Source: Thermodesulfobacteriota bacterium
GTDB taxonomy: Bacteria; Desulfobacterota; Desulfobacteria; Desulfobacterales; JACKCP01
Assembly: GCA_051744925.1 (NCBI GenBank)
Contig: JBNJDM010000001.1
Location: 980-64,979, forward strand
Reading direction: 5' to 3'
DNA length: 64,000 nucleotides
This document shows, one piece after another, positions 45,858 through 56,246 of this stretch (within the stretch, counting starts at the first letter, position 1; every line of letters starts with the position of its first letter). The translations under genes were made by a program, and so were the position numbers. The notes below the pieces were generated by a model. It saw only the letters and a list, made by a program, of their open reading frames with translations. It ran no database searches and was not told the DNA's origin.

Positions 45858-46892
45858 ATGTCATCAAATTCACATTTAGATGAAATTGTATATATTAACT
45901 GGAGAGATATGATTCAGCCTGAAAAAGTTCAGGTTGAAACAACCGAAACCCATGGTAAGTTTGTATTTGAACCTTTGGAAAAAGGTTATGCAACAACTAT
46001 AGGTAATTCCCTGAGGCGCATAATTCTATCCTCTATTTACGGATCAGGAATTGTAAGAGTATGGATAAAAGGTGTTTCGCACGAATATTCCACAATTCCG
46101 AATGTAATAGAAGACGTATCAGATATTATTCTGAACCTCAAAGAGGTCAGGGTAAAATCTTTTGATCTTGAGCCTCATGTTATTGAACTTAAAACAGATA
46201 CACCGGGCAAAGTTACAGCTGCTCAGATTGTGTCTGAAGATGACTCCGTCGAAGTTCTTAACCCGCAACAGCATATTGCAACATTAGCTGAAGGCGGCGA
46301 ACTGGATATGAAGATGGAAGTTCTGGTTGGCAAAGGATACGCTCTTGCAAGCCAGCAGAGTGATGAATCTCTGCTGGAAGATTCAATAGCTATAGATACG
46401 GTTTTCTCTCCGGTGAAAAAAGTCAGCTATGAGGCAGGAAATGCCAGAGTTGGCCAGAAAACAGATTATGATAAATTGACAATAGAAATCAGGACTGACG
46501 GCTGTGTAAAACCTGAGGACTGTCTTGCTTATGCAGCAAAGATCTTAAAAGAGCAGATGAATCCTTTTATTACATTTGATGAGCAGCTGGAACCGGATCC
46601 TGAACCGGACGGAACAGATGATGAAAAGCCGAAGTTTAATGAGAATTTATACAGGACTGTAGATGAACTGGAGCTGTCAGTCAGAAGTGCAAACTGTCTT
46701 AAGAATGCTAAGATACATAAGATTTATCAGCTTGTGCAGAAAACTGAAAGCGAAATGCTTAAGACTAAAAATTTCGGACGGAAATCTCTCAATGAAATTA
46801 AGGAAGTTCTCGGAGAGATGGGATTGTCCCTGGGGACTAAACTTGAAGGGTTTATGCCTCCCGAAGATGATGAAGAGGAAGGCAGCGAATAG
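45858..46892 (+). CDS. rpoA: DNA-directed RNA polymerase subunit alpha
   Basis: ...[27 protein letters not shown]-type N-terminal domain and a C-terminal-domain motif [17 protein letters not shown]; acidic C-terminal tail. Confidence 0.96.
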   Translation: MSSNSHLDEIVYINWRDMIQPEKVQVETTETHGKFVFEPLEKGYATTIGNSLRRIILSSIYGSGIVRVWIKGVSHEYSTIPNVIEDVSDIILNLKEVRVKSFDLEPHVIELKTDTPGKVTAAQIVSEDDSVEVLNPQQHIATLAEGGELDMKMEVLVGKGYALASQQSDESLLEDSIAIDTVFSPVKKVSYEAGNARVGQKTDYDKLTIEIRTDGCVKPEDCLAYAAKILKEQMNPFITFDEQLEPDPEPDGTDDEKPKFNENLYRTVDELELSVRSANCLKNAKIHKIYQLVQKTESEMLKTKNFGRKSLNEIKEVLGEMGLSLGTKLEGFMPPEDDEEEGSE

Positions 46893-46901
46893 GAGTCGGA
46901 T

Positions 46902-47276
46902 ATGAGACATAAGGTATCAGGTGTTAAATTAAACAGAACATCGAGTCACCGAAAAGCGATGTTCAGAAATATGGTTACATCTCTTTTAAAGCACGGCCAG
47001 ATTAAGACGACAGTAGTTAAGGCTAAAGAGCTTAGAAGATGGGCAGACAGAATGATAACACTTGCAAAAAGAGGCGATCTTCATGCAAGAAGACAGGCTT
47101 TGGCTGTGATAAGAGAAAAAGATGTTGTTCATAAGCTGTTTGAAGAAGCTGAAGAAAAATTCGGCTCAAGAAACGGCGGTTACACAAGAATTGTAAAGCT
47201 TGGCAACAGAAAAAGCGACGGTGCACCAATGGCTGTTATTTCACTTTGTGAGCCTTTTGATGCTACAGAAAAATAA
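46902..47276 (+). CDS. rplQ: 50S ribosomal protein L17
   Basis: [37 protein letters not shown]... Confidence 0.96.
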   Translation: MRHKVSGVKLNRTSSHRKAMFRNMVTSLLKHGQIKTTVVKAKELRRWADRMITLAKRGDLHARRQALAVIREKDVVHKLFEEAEEKFGSRNGGYTRIVKLGNRKSDGAPMAVISLCEPFDATEK

Positions 47277-47343
47277 GAATAATCTGAGTTTTTGAAATTA
47301 TAAAGCTTATTACAAAAGCTTGTCATGCAGTAAAGCCTTATTG

Positions 47344-47373
47344 AAGCCCGTAATTTTATTACGGGCTTTTTTA
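47344..47373 (+). terminator. rho-independent terminator of the alpha operon
   Basis: AAGCCCGTAAT-TTT-ATTACGGGCTT hairpin followed by TTTTATT. Confidence 0.8.
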
Positions 47374-47600
47374 TTCATATTGAAATTCTACCCTCACTTT
47401 TGAGTTAATAAAGAATTTAATTTAAAAAAAAGTCAAATCTGATATAATAACAGTACGTTTCTCTTTATATAATTTAAATCCAAAATTAAATTAGCAATCT
47501 AAACAAAATAAAACATATCCCTAATAATTCTCTAACAAACATTCTCTAAAAGATAGTTAAGTTTTAATTAAACAAAAATAACATTAAAGGAAGGTTTGAA

Positions 47601-48410
47601 ATGAAAAGAATTATTTCAGTTTTGGCAGTTTTATCAATACTGTTTATTTCAGTATCAGCATCTGCTGAAAAACTTGTAATCAAGGGTTCAACAACTGTTC
47701 TTCCCATAGCACAGAAAGCAGCCGAAGCGTTTATGAAAGATTATCCTGATATCGATGTAACTCTTTCAGGGGGAGGTTCGGGAAACGGAATAAAAGCACT
47801 TATTGATCAGACAGCTGACATAGGTAATGCTTCAAGATTTATAAAATTTAATGAAGTACAGTCATGCGTAAAAAATAATGTCTATCCTGTGCCACACAGA
47901 GTTGCTCTTGATGCAATAGTACCTGTTGTAAACAATAAAAATACAGTTAAGAATCTAAGTCTTTCCGATCTTGAAAAAATTTATCTTGGTAAAGCCAAAA
48001 ACTGGAAAGAATTCGGCGGACCGGATATGGAAATCGTTGTTGTATCAAGAGACAGCTCTTCAGGTACATACGGAGTATGGAGCAAAATAGTTCTCGGCAA
48101 AAAAAGAGTAACACCAAGAGCAAGTACAGTTCCGTCCAACGGCGCAATTGTTCAGGCTGTAGCGTCAACAAAAGGTGCAATAGGCTACATCGGACTAGGT
48201 TATATGAATGATGATATCAAACCTGTAGATGTTAATGGGGTAAAAGGTACTGAAGCGACGACAAAAACAGGTGAATTCCCGATTTCAAGAGCTCTTTTCA
48301 TGTTTACAAACGGATGGCCTGAAGGGAAAACTGCAAAGTTTATAAACTATGTACTTTCTGAAAAAGGTCAGTCACTTGTGAAAGAAGCAGGAAGTATTCC
48401 GGCTTACTAA
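47601..48410 (+). CDS. pstS: phosphate ABC transporter substrate-binding protein
   Basis: Signal peptide, then IKGSTTVLPIAQKAAEAFMK...LSGGGSGNGIKALI...SRDSSSGTY. Confidence 0.9.
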   Translation: MKRIISVLAVLSILFISVSASAEKLVIKGSTTVLPIAQKAAEAFMKDYPDIDVTLSGGGSGNGIKALIDQTADIGNASRFIKFNEVQSCVKNNVYPVPHRVALDAIVPVVNNKNTVKNLSLSDLEKIYLGKAKNWKEFGGPDMEIVVVSRDSSSGTYGVWSKIVLGKKRVTPRASTVPSNGAIVQAVASTKGAIGYIGLGYMNDDIKPVDVNGVKGTEATTKTGEFPISRALFMFTNGWPEGKTAKFINYVLSEKGQSLVKEAGSIPAY

Positions 48411-48436
48411 GTTAAAAAAAAATACTTACAAAGCTC

Positions 48437-48471
48437 AGTTCTCCGGACATTATTCCGGAGAACTTCTTTTT
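48437..48471 (+). terminator. intercistronic hairpin/attenuator between pstS and pstC
   Basis: 10-bp stem AGTTCTCCGG/CCGGAGAACT with an 8-nt loop, followed by TCTTTTT. Confidence 0.6.
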
Positions 48472-48492
48472 AGCTATTACAGAGAGCATAAG

Positions 48493-49377
48493 ATGACACG
48501 AGAAAGCAAAGAAAAAAAAATACGGCTGGCATTCCTCTGCACAGGTTTTTTCAGTATTTTTGTAATGACATTAATAGTTATTTTCCTTTTTGTTGAAGGT
48601 GCTCCTATTTTCAAAGAGGTAAGTGTTAAAGAGTTTATTTTCGGACAATACTGGTATCCGACATACGACCCTGCCGATTTTGGGATATTTCCTCTGATAA
48701 TGGGTTCAGTATTTGTAACTCTTTTTTCGGCCTGCTTATCTATACCGCTGGGGCTTATGACTGCAATCTATATTGCAGAGGTAGCACCTGCAAAAATCAG
48801 CGAAATAGTAAAGCCTGTTATAGAACTTCTTGCAAGCATACCTTCTGTTGTAATCGGCTTTTTCGGAATGGTTGTAGTTGCACCGTTTTTGCAAAGAGTA
48901 TTTGATATTCCAACAGGTCTTAATCTTTTCAATGCGAGTCTGATGCTTGCATTTATGTCTGTACCCACAATATGTTCAATATCCGAAGATTCCATAAGAT
49001 CTGTACCATCGTCGATGAGAGAGGCCTCGCTAAGTCTTGGTGCAACTCATCTTGAAACTATTTTAAGGGTTGTTATTCCTTCTTCTTTATCCGGAATAAG
49101 CACTGCTGTAATCTTAGGAATGTCCAGAGCCATGGGTGAAACAATGGTTGTTCTGATGGTCGCAGGCGGTGCAGCAATAGTTCCTGAATCTATATTTGAT
49201 CCGGCAAGACCAATGCCTGCTTCCATAGCTGCTGAAATGGGAGAAGCCGCTGTAGGAAGCGATCATTACCATGCATTGTTTGCAATTGGTTTTGTACTTT
49301 TTATATTTACATTTTTATTTAATATTTTTGCCGGTTGGATTTCCAACAGATTCAAGCAAAGAGAAACAGGTTTTTAA
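48493..49377 (+). CDS. pstC: phosphate ABC transporter permease PstC
   Basis: Polytopic permease with the EAA-like loop SVPSSMREASLSLGATHLETILRVVIP. Confidence 0.9.
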   Translation: MTRESKEKKIRLAFLCTGFFSIFVMTLIVIFLFVEGAPIFKEVSVKEFIFGQYWYPTYDPADFGIFPLIMGSVFVTLFSACLSIPLGLMTAIYIAEVAPAKISEIVKPVIELLASIPSVVIGFFGMVVVAPFLQRVFDIPTGLNLFNASLMLAFMSVPTICSISEDSIRSVPSSMREASLSLGATHLETILRVVIPSSLSGISTAVILGMSRAMGETMVVLMVAGGAAIVPESIFDPARPMPASIAAEMGEAAVGSDHYHALFAIGFVLFIFTFLFNIFAGWISNRFKQRETGF

Positions 49378-49427
49378 AATTGAAAATGAATATCAGAATA
49401 AATAAATCAGAAGCGGCGGAATAGAAA

Positions 49428-50330
49428 ATGGCAGAAAAAAATTGTAAAATCAATAATGAAGTATCCTGCAGAAGTCTGTTATTCAGAAGAATTACAGAAA
49501 AAATTGTTTTTATTTTATTAAGATTAAGCGCATTAATTTGTGCTGCAGCCTTATTAGTTCTTTTTTATTTTCTTGTTAAGCGGGGCTGGAGTGCTATTAC
49601 CTGGACTTTTCTTACCGAGGCTCCAAGAGAATCAATGACAGAAGGCGGTATTCTTCCGGGTATAATAGGAACTCTGGGCCTTAGTCTGGGTGCCATTATT
49701 GTTGCGTTGCCAATAGGAGTAATGACTTCTGTTTATCTCACAGAATATGCAAAAGACGGAAAAGTATTAAGAATAATAAGGCTTGGAATTAATAACCTTG
49801 CAGGAGTTCCTTCGGTAGTTTTCGGGCTGTTTGGTCTTGCAGTATTTTGTATTTATATGAATATGGGTGTAAGTCTTTTAGCAGGTGCATTAACCCTTTC
49901 CCTTATGAGCCTTCCAATAATTATCGGTTCTACTGAGGAAGCATTAAGGTCAGTGCCTGACAGCTACAGGTATGCAAGTCTCGGACTTGGTGCAACAAAA
50001 TGGCAGACTATAAAAAAAGTAATTCTGCCCACTGCGCTCCCTGGTATTTTAACAGGAGCTATTTTATCAGTAAGCAGGGTTGCAGGCGAGACCGCTCCTA
50101 TAATGTTTACTGGTGCTGTGTTTTTCTCTCCCAATCTTCCAACTTCGGTATTTGATGAAGTTATGGCTCTGCCCTATCATATATATGTTCTGGCTACTGC
50201 AGGAACAAATATAGAACAGACAAGACATTTACAGTACGGAACCGCACTTGTTCTTATTGTCCTTGTTTTTGCAATAAATTTGCTGGCTATAATAATAAGG
50301 TCAAAGCTCAGAAAAAGAATGAAATTATAA
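49428..50330 (+). CDS. pstA: phosphate ABC transporter permease PstA
   Basis: Polytopic permease with [27 protein letters not shown] and [13 protein letters not shown]. Confidence 0.9.
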   Translation: MAEKNCKINNEVSCRSLLFRRITEKIVFILLRLSALICAAALLVLFYFLVKRGWSAITWTFLTEAPRESMTEGGILPGIIGTLGLSLGAIIVALPIGVMTSVYLTEYAKDGKVLRIIRLGINNLAGVPSVVFGLFGLAVFCIYMNMGVSLLAGALTLSLMSLPIIIGSTEEALRSVPDSYRYASLGLGATKWQTIKKVILPTALPGILTGAILSVSRVAGETAPIMFTGAVFFSPNLPTSVFDEVMALPYHIYVLATAGTNIEQTRHLQYGTALVLIVLVFAINLLAIIIRSKLRKRMKL

Positions 50331-50346
50331 ATTTAGTGGAGAATTA

Positions 50347-51108
50347 ATGGAATCAGATATGAAAATAAAGGTAAAAGATCTTAACTTTTATTATGGTGAC
50401 TTTAAGGCATTATCTTCAATAAGCCTCGATTTCAGAAGAAACCATGTAACAGCACTTATAGGACCTTCAGGCTGTGGGAAAAGTACCTTTTTAAGGTGTC
50501 TTAACAGGATGAATGATCTTGTTGATAAAACAAGGATTGAGGGTCAGATAATGCTGGATAAAGAAGATATTTACAATTCAGCACTGGATGTTGTCGAGCT
50601 CAGAAGAAAAGTAGGTATGGTATTTCAAAAACCTAATCCTTTTCCCAAAAGCATATATGAAAATGTAGCATACGGATTAAGAGTAAACGGTATAAAAGAT
50701 AAAAATTATATAGAATATCAGGTTGAAAAAAGCATAAAACAGGCTGCTTTATGGGATGAAGTAAAGGACAGGCTTAAAGATAATGCTCTTGGACTTTCCG
50801 GAGGGCAGCAGCAAAGACTTTGCATTGCAAGAGCACTTGCAGTGGAGCCCGAGGTGGTTCTTATGGATGAACCGGCTTCTGCTCTTGATCCTATAGCAAC
50901 TACAAAAATTGAAGAGCTTATACATGAACTTAAAACTGAGTATACAATAGTAATTGTTACACATAATATGCAGCAGGCTGCCAGAGTCTCAGATACCACA
51001 GCATTTTTTTACATGGGCGAGCTTATTGAGGCGGCTGATACAGATACAATATTTACAAACCCGGGGAACAAAAAGACCGAAGATTATATAACTGGTCGTT
51101 TCGGCTGA
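50347..51108 (+). CDS. pstB: phosphate ABC transporter ATP-binding protein
   Basis: Walker [10 protein letters not shown], signature [14 protein letters not shown], Walker B VVLMDEP; PstB-typical C-terminal end EDYITGRFG. Confidence 0.95.
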   Translation: MESDMKIKVKDLNFYYGDFKALSSISLDFRRNHVTALIGPSGCGKSTFLRCLNRMNDLVDKTRIEGQIMLDKEDIYNSALDVVELRRKVGMVFQKPNPFPKSIYENVAYGLRVNGIKDKNYIEYQVEKSIKQAALWDEVKDRLKDNALGLSGGQQQRLCIARALAVEPEVVLMDEPASALDPIATTKIEELIHELKTEYTIVIVTHNMQQAARVSDTTAFFYMGELIEAADTDTIFTNPGNKKTEDYITGRFG

Positions 51109-51122
51109 TTAAGGAGATTAAG

Positions 51123-51770
51123 ATGAGACTTCAAAAAGAGATTGATAATATTAAAAAAGAACTTCTCACTCTGGGAGCAATGGTGGAAAAGCGAGTGGAC
51201 AAAGTTACACACGCTTTATTTGAAAGAAATGAAGCAATAGCAAGAGAAGTTATAGCCTCGGATAATGAAATAGACATTAAAGAGGTGGAAATAGAAGAAG
51301 ACTGTCTCAAAATAATTGCTCTGCATCAGCCTGTAGCTGCAGATCTGAGGTTTCTTGTAAGCTGCATTAAAATCAATAATGAGCTTGAAAGAATCGGAGA
51401 CCAGACTGTCAATATAGGCCAGAGAGTTATTAAGCTTTGTTCATGGGGGAATCCTGAGCATATTTTCGATTACAGAATAATGGGAGAAAAGACAAAAGAG
51501 ATGCTTAAGCTGAGCCTGGATTGCTTTGTTAATCTTGATGATGAACTTGCATCAAGAATAAGAACTATGGATGATGAAGTAGATGAAATTAAATATGAAG
51601 CATATGATTATATAAAAAATGTTTTAAGAACTGCGGATTCACACATAGGCTATTTTATAAACATGTTTTTGATTTCAAGGCATATAGAAAGAATTGCAGA
51701 CCATACAACAAATATAGCAGAAGAAGTTATATATATGACCAGGGGAGAAATAGTAAGGCATAATTTATAA
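51123..51770 (+). CDS. phoU: phosphate signalling complex protein PhoU
   Basis: Two PhoU repeats, each with an E(R)IGD motif: NNELERIGDQTVNI and SRHIERIADHTTNI. Confidence 0.92.
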   Translation: MRLQKEIDNIKKELLTLGAMVEKRVDKVTHALFERNEAIAREVIASDNEIDIKEVEIEEDCLKIIALHQPVAADLRFLVSCIKINNELERIGDQTVNIGQRVIKLCSWGNPEHIFDYRIMGEKTKEMLKLSLDCFVNLDDELASRIRTMDDEVDEIKYEAYDYIKNVLRTADSHIGYFINMFLISRHIERIADHTTNIAEEVIYMTRGEIVRHNL

Positions 51771-51788
51771 TTTTTGGGGGTATCCTTA

Positions 51789-52493
51789 ATGAGCAACGGG
51801 CTTATTCTTGCAATAGACGACGAGGAAGACATTCTTGAGCTTGTCAAATATAATCTTGAAAGAGAAGGTTTTGAAGTGATTACGGCAGATACAGGTGAAA
51901 ACGGGTTAAGCATACTTAAAAAAAACAGGCCTGATCTTATACTCCTTGATCTTATGCTTCCCGGCATAGACGGATTTGATGTAGCAAAAAAAATAAGAGC
52001 TGATGATTCCTACAGGGATATTCCGGTTATAATGCTAACTGCAAAAGGAGAAGAGGCAGATGTGGTAACAGGTCTTGAACTGGGTGCAGACGATTATGTA
52101 TCAAAGCCTTTCAGTCCAAGAGTTCTTACTGCAAGGATCAAAACAGTTCTTAGAAGAAAAAAAAATGAAGAAAATAAAGACACTTCCAAAGATGAAATAA
52201 ATATAAAAAATTTAAAAATTCACAGCGGCAGGTATCAGGCAACAATAGAAAACAAAGAGCTTTCTTTGACCCACTCAGAGTTTCAGATACTAAGGTTTCT
52301 TGCTTCAAGACCGGGATGGGTTTTTACAAGGTCACAGATTGTCGACGCAGTTCACGGAGAAAGTTATCCTGTAACTGAAAGAAGCGTAGATGTTCAGATA
52401 GTAGGTCTCAGGAAAAAAATGGGTGATTACGGAATTTATATAGAAACAGTACGAGGTGTAGGATATAGATTCAAGGAAGAAAATTATGGTTAA
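51789..52493 (+). CDS. phoB: OmpR-family response regulator, PhoB-like
   Basis: REC (ILAIDDEEDI, LILLDLMLPGIDG, LTAKG, SKPF) plus a winged-helix domain (LTHSEFQILRFL...VDVQIVGLRKKM...IETVRGVGYRF). ATG 51789 is preferred to the TTG at 51774. Confidence 0.88.
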   Translation: MSNGLILAIDDEEDILELVKYNLEREGFEVITADTGENGLSILKKNRPDLILLDLMLPGIDGFDVAKKIRADDSYRDIPVIMLTAKGEEADVVTGLELGADDYVSKPFSPRVLTARIKTVLRRKKNEENKDTSKDEINIKNLKIHSGRYQATIENKELSLTHSEFQILRFLASRPGWVFTRSQIVDAVHGESYPVTERSVDVQIVGLRKKMGDYGIYIETVRGVGYRFKEENYG

Positions 52494-54273
52494 AATGAAA
52501 AAAAACAGGCTTTTCTGGGTGATATACCCTTCTTACTTAATTGTTATTTTTGTCTGTGTAGCGCTCGGGAGCATATATTCATTTACTTCATTAAAAAGTT
52601 TTTTTTATTCTCAGGTTGAAAATACTCTTTATGAAAAAACAGATCTTTTTGCTCCGTATTTAAAAAAAGAACTTGCAAACCAAGCCCCGGATTCAGCCAT
52701 AGATACAATGTGTGTTGATGCAGGAACAAGAGCAAATGTCAGATTCACTGTAACAGACAGCAGCGGGAAAGTTATTGGAGATACAGAAGAAGATCCCGGT
52801 GAAATGGAAAACCATAAAACAAGACCTGAAATAAGATCTGCATATTCCGGTAAGCCTGATTCGCAAATAAGATACAGTGAAACCCTTGAAGAATCTATGA
52901 TGTATGCAGCAGTTCCTGTTTATAAAGACGGTAGTATTACAGCAGTGTTAAGATCTGCAGTATCTGTCGATTTCATTAATAAACAGCTCTGGCTTACAAA
53001 CTGGGGAATTATTACAGGCGGTCTTTTAATTGCAGCTTTTGCAACCTTAATATCGTTTTTTTTCTCTTTAAAAATAAGCAGGCCTGTTACAGAAATTACG
53101 CAAGGAGCAAAAGATTTTGCAAGGGGACGTTTAGGTGCAAAATTGTACAGCCCCGATATCGAGGAGCTGGGAGAGCTTGCAGATACATTAAATAAGATGG
53201 CAGAAGAATTAAATCAACGACTGAAAACTGAATCAAGAAATAAAAATGAGCTTGAAACTGTTTTTTACAGTATGCAGGAAGGTGTACTTGCAATTGATAA
53301 TGATCAAAAGATCATGAGGCTTAATCAAAGTGCATTACGAATTCTTTCCATGGATATAAGAGATATTAAGAAAAAAAATGTATATGAACTTATAAGAGAC
53401 AGTGATTTATATAAATTTATAGATAAGTCTGTGAATTCAGACAAGCTTGTATCTTCTGATTTAAATTACGGATCTGAAAAGGAAAAGATTTTAAATGTAA
53501 GGAGCAGCCCACTTCAGGATGAAAATGACAAGAGAATAGGGACTCTTTTTGTTCTCCAGGATGTCACAAGGGTAAGGCATCTTGAAAATATGAGAAGCGA
53601 TTTTGTTGCAAATGTATCCCATGAATTGAAAACCCCCATGACAGCAATAAAGGGATTTGTTGAAACAATAAGAGAAGGCGGGAGTCTTGAACCTGATAAG
53701 CTTGATAGATTTCTTTCAATAATTGATAAAAATGTGGACAGGCTTATAAATATAATAAATGATCTTCTTGATCTTTCATGGATAGAAAAAAATGAAGATA
53801 CAGAGCTGATAAAGTTCAGAGAAGAAGATGTTTATAAGTTAACAGAGTCTGCAGTAAAAATTTGCGAACCTTTTTCAATAAAGAAAAATATTGAAATAGA
53901 AATTGATATGGATTCACATATTAAACTTAAGGCCAATAAAGTCCTTCTTGAAAATGCACTGACCAATCTCATTGACAATGCTGTAAAATACAGTAATGAG
54001 GGGAGCAGAGTCATTGTAACAGCAAAAGATGCAGAAAAATATGTTATGATTTCTGTGGCGGATAAAGGTATAGGAATCCCGGTATTTGAACAGCAAAGGG
54101 TTTTTGAAAGATTCTACAGGGTAGATAAGGGAAGAAGCCGGAAAATGGGCGGTACAGGCCTTGGTCTAGCTATTGTAAAGCATGTATTAAATATTCATAA
54201 GGGAACAATCGAAATAGAAAGCACTCCTGGATCAGGAAGCTGTTTTACTTTGAAGCTGCCTAAAAATCCTTGA
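52486..54273 (+). CDS. phoR: sensor histidine kinase, PhoR-like
   Basis: Two TM segments, HAMP, PAS, H-box FVANVSHELKTPMTAI, N-box LIDNAVKYS, and G-boxes DKGIGI and GGTGLGLAIVKH. The start overlaps the phoB 3' end. Confidence 0.88.
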   Translation: MVKMKKNRLFWVIYPSYLIVIFVCVALGSIYSFTSLKSFFYSQVENTLYEKTDLFAPYLKKELANQAPDSAIDTMCVDAGTRANVRFTVTDSSGKVIGDTEEDPGEMENHKTRPEIRSAYSGKPDSQIRYSETLEESMMYAAVPVYKDGSITAVLRSAVSVDFINKQLWLTNWGIITGGLLIAAFATLISFFFSLKISRPVTEITQGAKDFARGRLGAKLYSPDIEELGELADTLNKMAEELNQRLKTESRNKNELETVFYSMQEGVLAIDNDQKIMRLNQSALRILSMDIRDIKKKNVYELIRDSDLYKFIDKSVNSDKLVSSDLNYGSEKEKILNVRSSPLQDENDKRIGTLFVLQDVTRVRHLENMRSDFVANVSHELKTPMTAIKGFVETIREGGSLEPDKLDRFLSIIDKNVDRLINIINDLLDLSWIEKNEDTELIKFREEDVYKLTESAVKICEPFSIKKNIEIEIDMDSHIKLKANKVLLENALTNLIDNAVKYSNEGSRVIVTAKDAEKYVMISVADKGIGIPVFEQQRVFERFYRVDKGRSRKMGGTGLGLAIVKHVLNIHKGTIEIESTPGSGSCFTLKLPKNP

Positions 54274-54325
54274 ATTTAAAGATGCCGAGATTAATTTAAT
54301 AATTTTTAAAATCAAATAATCAGAT

Positions 54326-54369
54326 TAAGCTGCTGAGCATAAAATTTTTGTTCAGCAGCTTAATTTTTT
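54326..54369 (+). terminator. rho-independent terminator of the pst-pho operon
   Basis: TAAGCTGCTGAGC...GTTCAGCAGCTTA hairpin (one mismatch) followed by ATTTTTTAT. Confidence 0.75.
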
Positions 54370-54653
54370 ATGTAAGCTGTTTTGGCCTGTAAGAAAAAGC
54401 CGGAGTTTAAAAATACCTTTTTATTCTAAAAAAAATTAAACCTGGAAAATATTAAAAATTTCTTTTTAAAACCTGGAAAAATAGATTATCATCATTAAAT
54501 TCAGGATAGTTATTAATTAGCCGGAACCGATTTTTATGGCTTTATGATTTAAATTGAGCAATTATTAATCAGCTGAATTCAAGGGTTCAACATAAGTAAA
54601 GCATTGAGTTCAGAAAATATTTTGGAATCAGAATAATACTTCAGGAGAAAAAC

Positions 54654-55262
54654 TTGGATCTTGAGCAACTGAAAGCAAAGTTCAGGCATAAGCGCGAAGT
54701 TGAAGTCAAAGATATCAATATTGCAATAAAAGCAGTACCTTTTCTTGTAAAGGAAATAATAAAGCTTGAAGAGGATATTGAATCAAGAGACAAAACTATT
54801 GCAAGACTGAAAAAGAAGATAAAGCGTCAGCCGCCTTCAGTGCAGAAAGGCCAAAAGGATCAATTTGCATGGGTGCTTAAGGCGGATGAAGATTCAAATA
54901 CATTATTTATTCAGTTTACAGGGATCCCGAATAAAAGCGGTGCTAAAATATGCTCCAATGCGGTTATCAGCCTTACTGAAAATCTTGAAAGCGACTTTTC
55001 TGTAATAAGTGATCTTAGAAAACTTAAAACCGAGTATATAACTACAAGAATGCTTTTTTACTTCAGAAAAGTTCATTATCTTTTTTTAAGAATGCAGGTA
55101 AGGTTTATAATAAGAGTTGTATCTGAAGAACAAAAGGAGATTAAAGATTTTATAGATATTCCTGATGTGGGAAAAGATGAAAAAATGAAGATATTCAGTG
55201 TGACCTCAATAGAAGAGGGTAAAAATATTATTAAAAATATGGGTAAGCATCTGAGGAAATAA
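54654..55262 (+). CDS. hypothetical protein (N-terminal coiled-coil-like segment, C-terminal alpha/beta region)
   Basis: 202-aa ORF with a TTG start 6 nt after AGGAG. It ends 6 nt before bioB. No family recognised. Confidence 0.55.
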   Translation: MDLEQLKAKFRHKREVEVKDINIAIKAVPFLVKEIIKLEEDIESRDKTIARLKKKIKRQPPSVQKGQKDQFAWVLKADEDSNTLFIQFTGIPNKSGAKICSNAVISLTENLESDFSVISDLRKLKTEYITTRMLFYFRKVHYLFLRMQVRFIIRVVSEEQKEIKDFIDIPDVGKDEKMKIFSVTSIEEGKNIIKNMGKHLRK

Positions 55263-55268
55263 AAATTT

Positions 55269-56246
55269 ATGTTTTATAAATCGCCTGAAGCATTTATTCA
55301 GCAAATAGTAAGTACAAGACAAACAGATCCGGATACATTAAGAAAAATACTAAATCTTGAAAAAAAAAATCTTTTAAGTCTTTTATATATTACAGATAAA
55401 ATAAGGCAGCATTTTTTCGGTAACAAAATCGGTCTTTGCTCTATAATGAACGCAAAATCCGGAGGATGCAGTGAAGACTGTATTTTCTGCACCCAGTCAT
55501 CAGTCTCAAATGCTGATATTGAACATTATAATTTTAAATCTGCTGAAGATATTACATCTGCTGCAGAAAAGCTCTCTTTTCTACCTGTAAAAAGATTCGG
55601 GGTAGTTACAAGCGGAAGATCTCTTAAAGCAAAAGATATTGAAGAATTTAAAAAAGCCCTTGATAAAAACAGCAATAAACATCCTTCATTTTGTGCATCT
55701 CTGGGTATTTTAGATTATAAAGCCTTAAAAGAACTTAAAGACAATGGTCTAAAAAGATATCACCACAACCTTGAAACTTCTGAATCAATGTTTGGTAAAA
55801 TATGCACCACACACAGTTATCAAAAAAGAATTGATACAGTAAAAAATGCCAAAGCAGCAGGTCTTAAGGTATGTTCAGGCGGAATTTTCGGTCTTGGGGA
55901 AACAGATGATCAGATTGTGGAAATGGCTCTTGCTCTCAAAGATATTGATGCAGATTCTGTACCTGTAAATTTTCTTGTACCTGTTAAAGGTACACCTGCT
56001 GAAAACTTTAATTATCTTACTCCTTACAAATCACTTCTTATCATTGCAATGCTTAGAATTGCTCTTCCTGAAAAAGAGATAATTATATGCGGAGGCAGAA
56101 AAGAGAATTTAAAAGAACTTTATCCTTTTATTTTTTATGCCGGAGCCACCAATCTCATGACAGGGGATTATCTTACAACTTCAGGTGAAAATATTGAAGC
56201 TGATATAAGCTGGATAAAAGAGCTTGGTTTTGAAACTGATCATTAG
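55269..56246 (+). CDS. bioB: biotin synthase (radical SAM), anaerobe-type ligand pattern
   Basis: Radical-SAM CSEDCIFC, YHHNLETS, KVCSGGIFGLGET, SVPVNFLVPVKGTP and IICGGRKE. Colinear with E. coli BioB as recalled. Confidence 0.85.
   Translation: MFYKSPEAFIQQIVSTRQTDPDTLRKILNLEKKNLLSLLYITDKIRQHFFGNKIGLCSIMNAKSGGCSEDCIFCTQSSVSNADIEHYNFKSAEDITSAAEKLSFLPVKRFGVVTSGRSLKAKDIEEFKKALDKNSNKHPSFCASLGILDYKALKELKDNGLKRYHHNLETSESMFGKICTTHSYQKRIDTVKNAKAAGLKVCSGGIFGLGETDDQIVEMALALKDIDADSVPVNFLVPVKGTPAENFNYLTPYKSLLIIAMLRIALPEKEIIICGGRKENLKELYPFIFYAGATNLMTGDYLTTSGENIEADISWIKELGFETDH

Noticed and set aside
47380-47600. Very AT-rich 220-nt stretch after the alpha-operon terminator, considered as a possible insertion scar or att site
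   Set aside because: There are no flanking direct or inverted repeats, no integrase or tRNA, and it leads directly into pstS. It is most simply a promoter/leader region.
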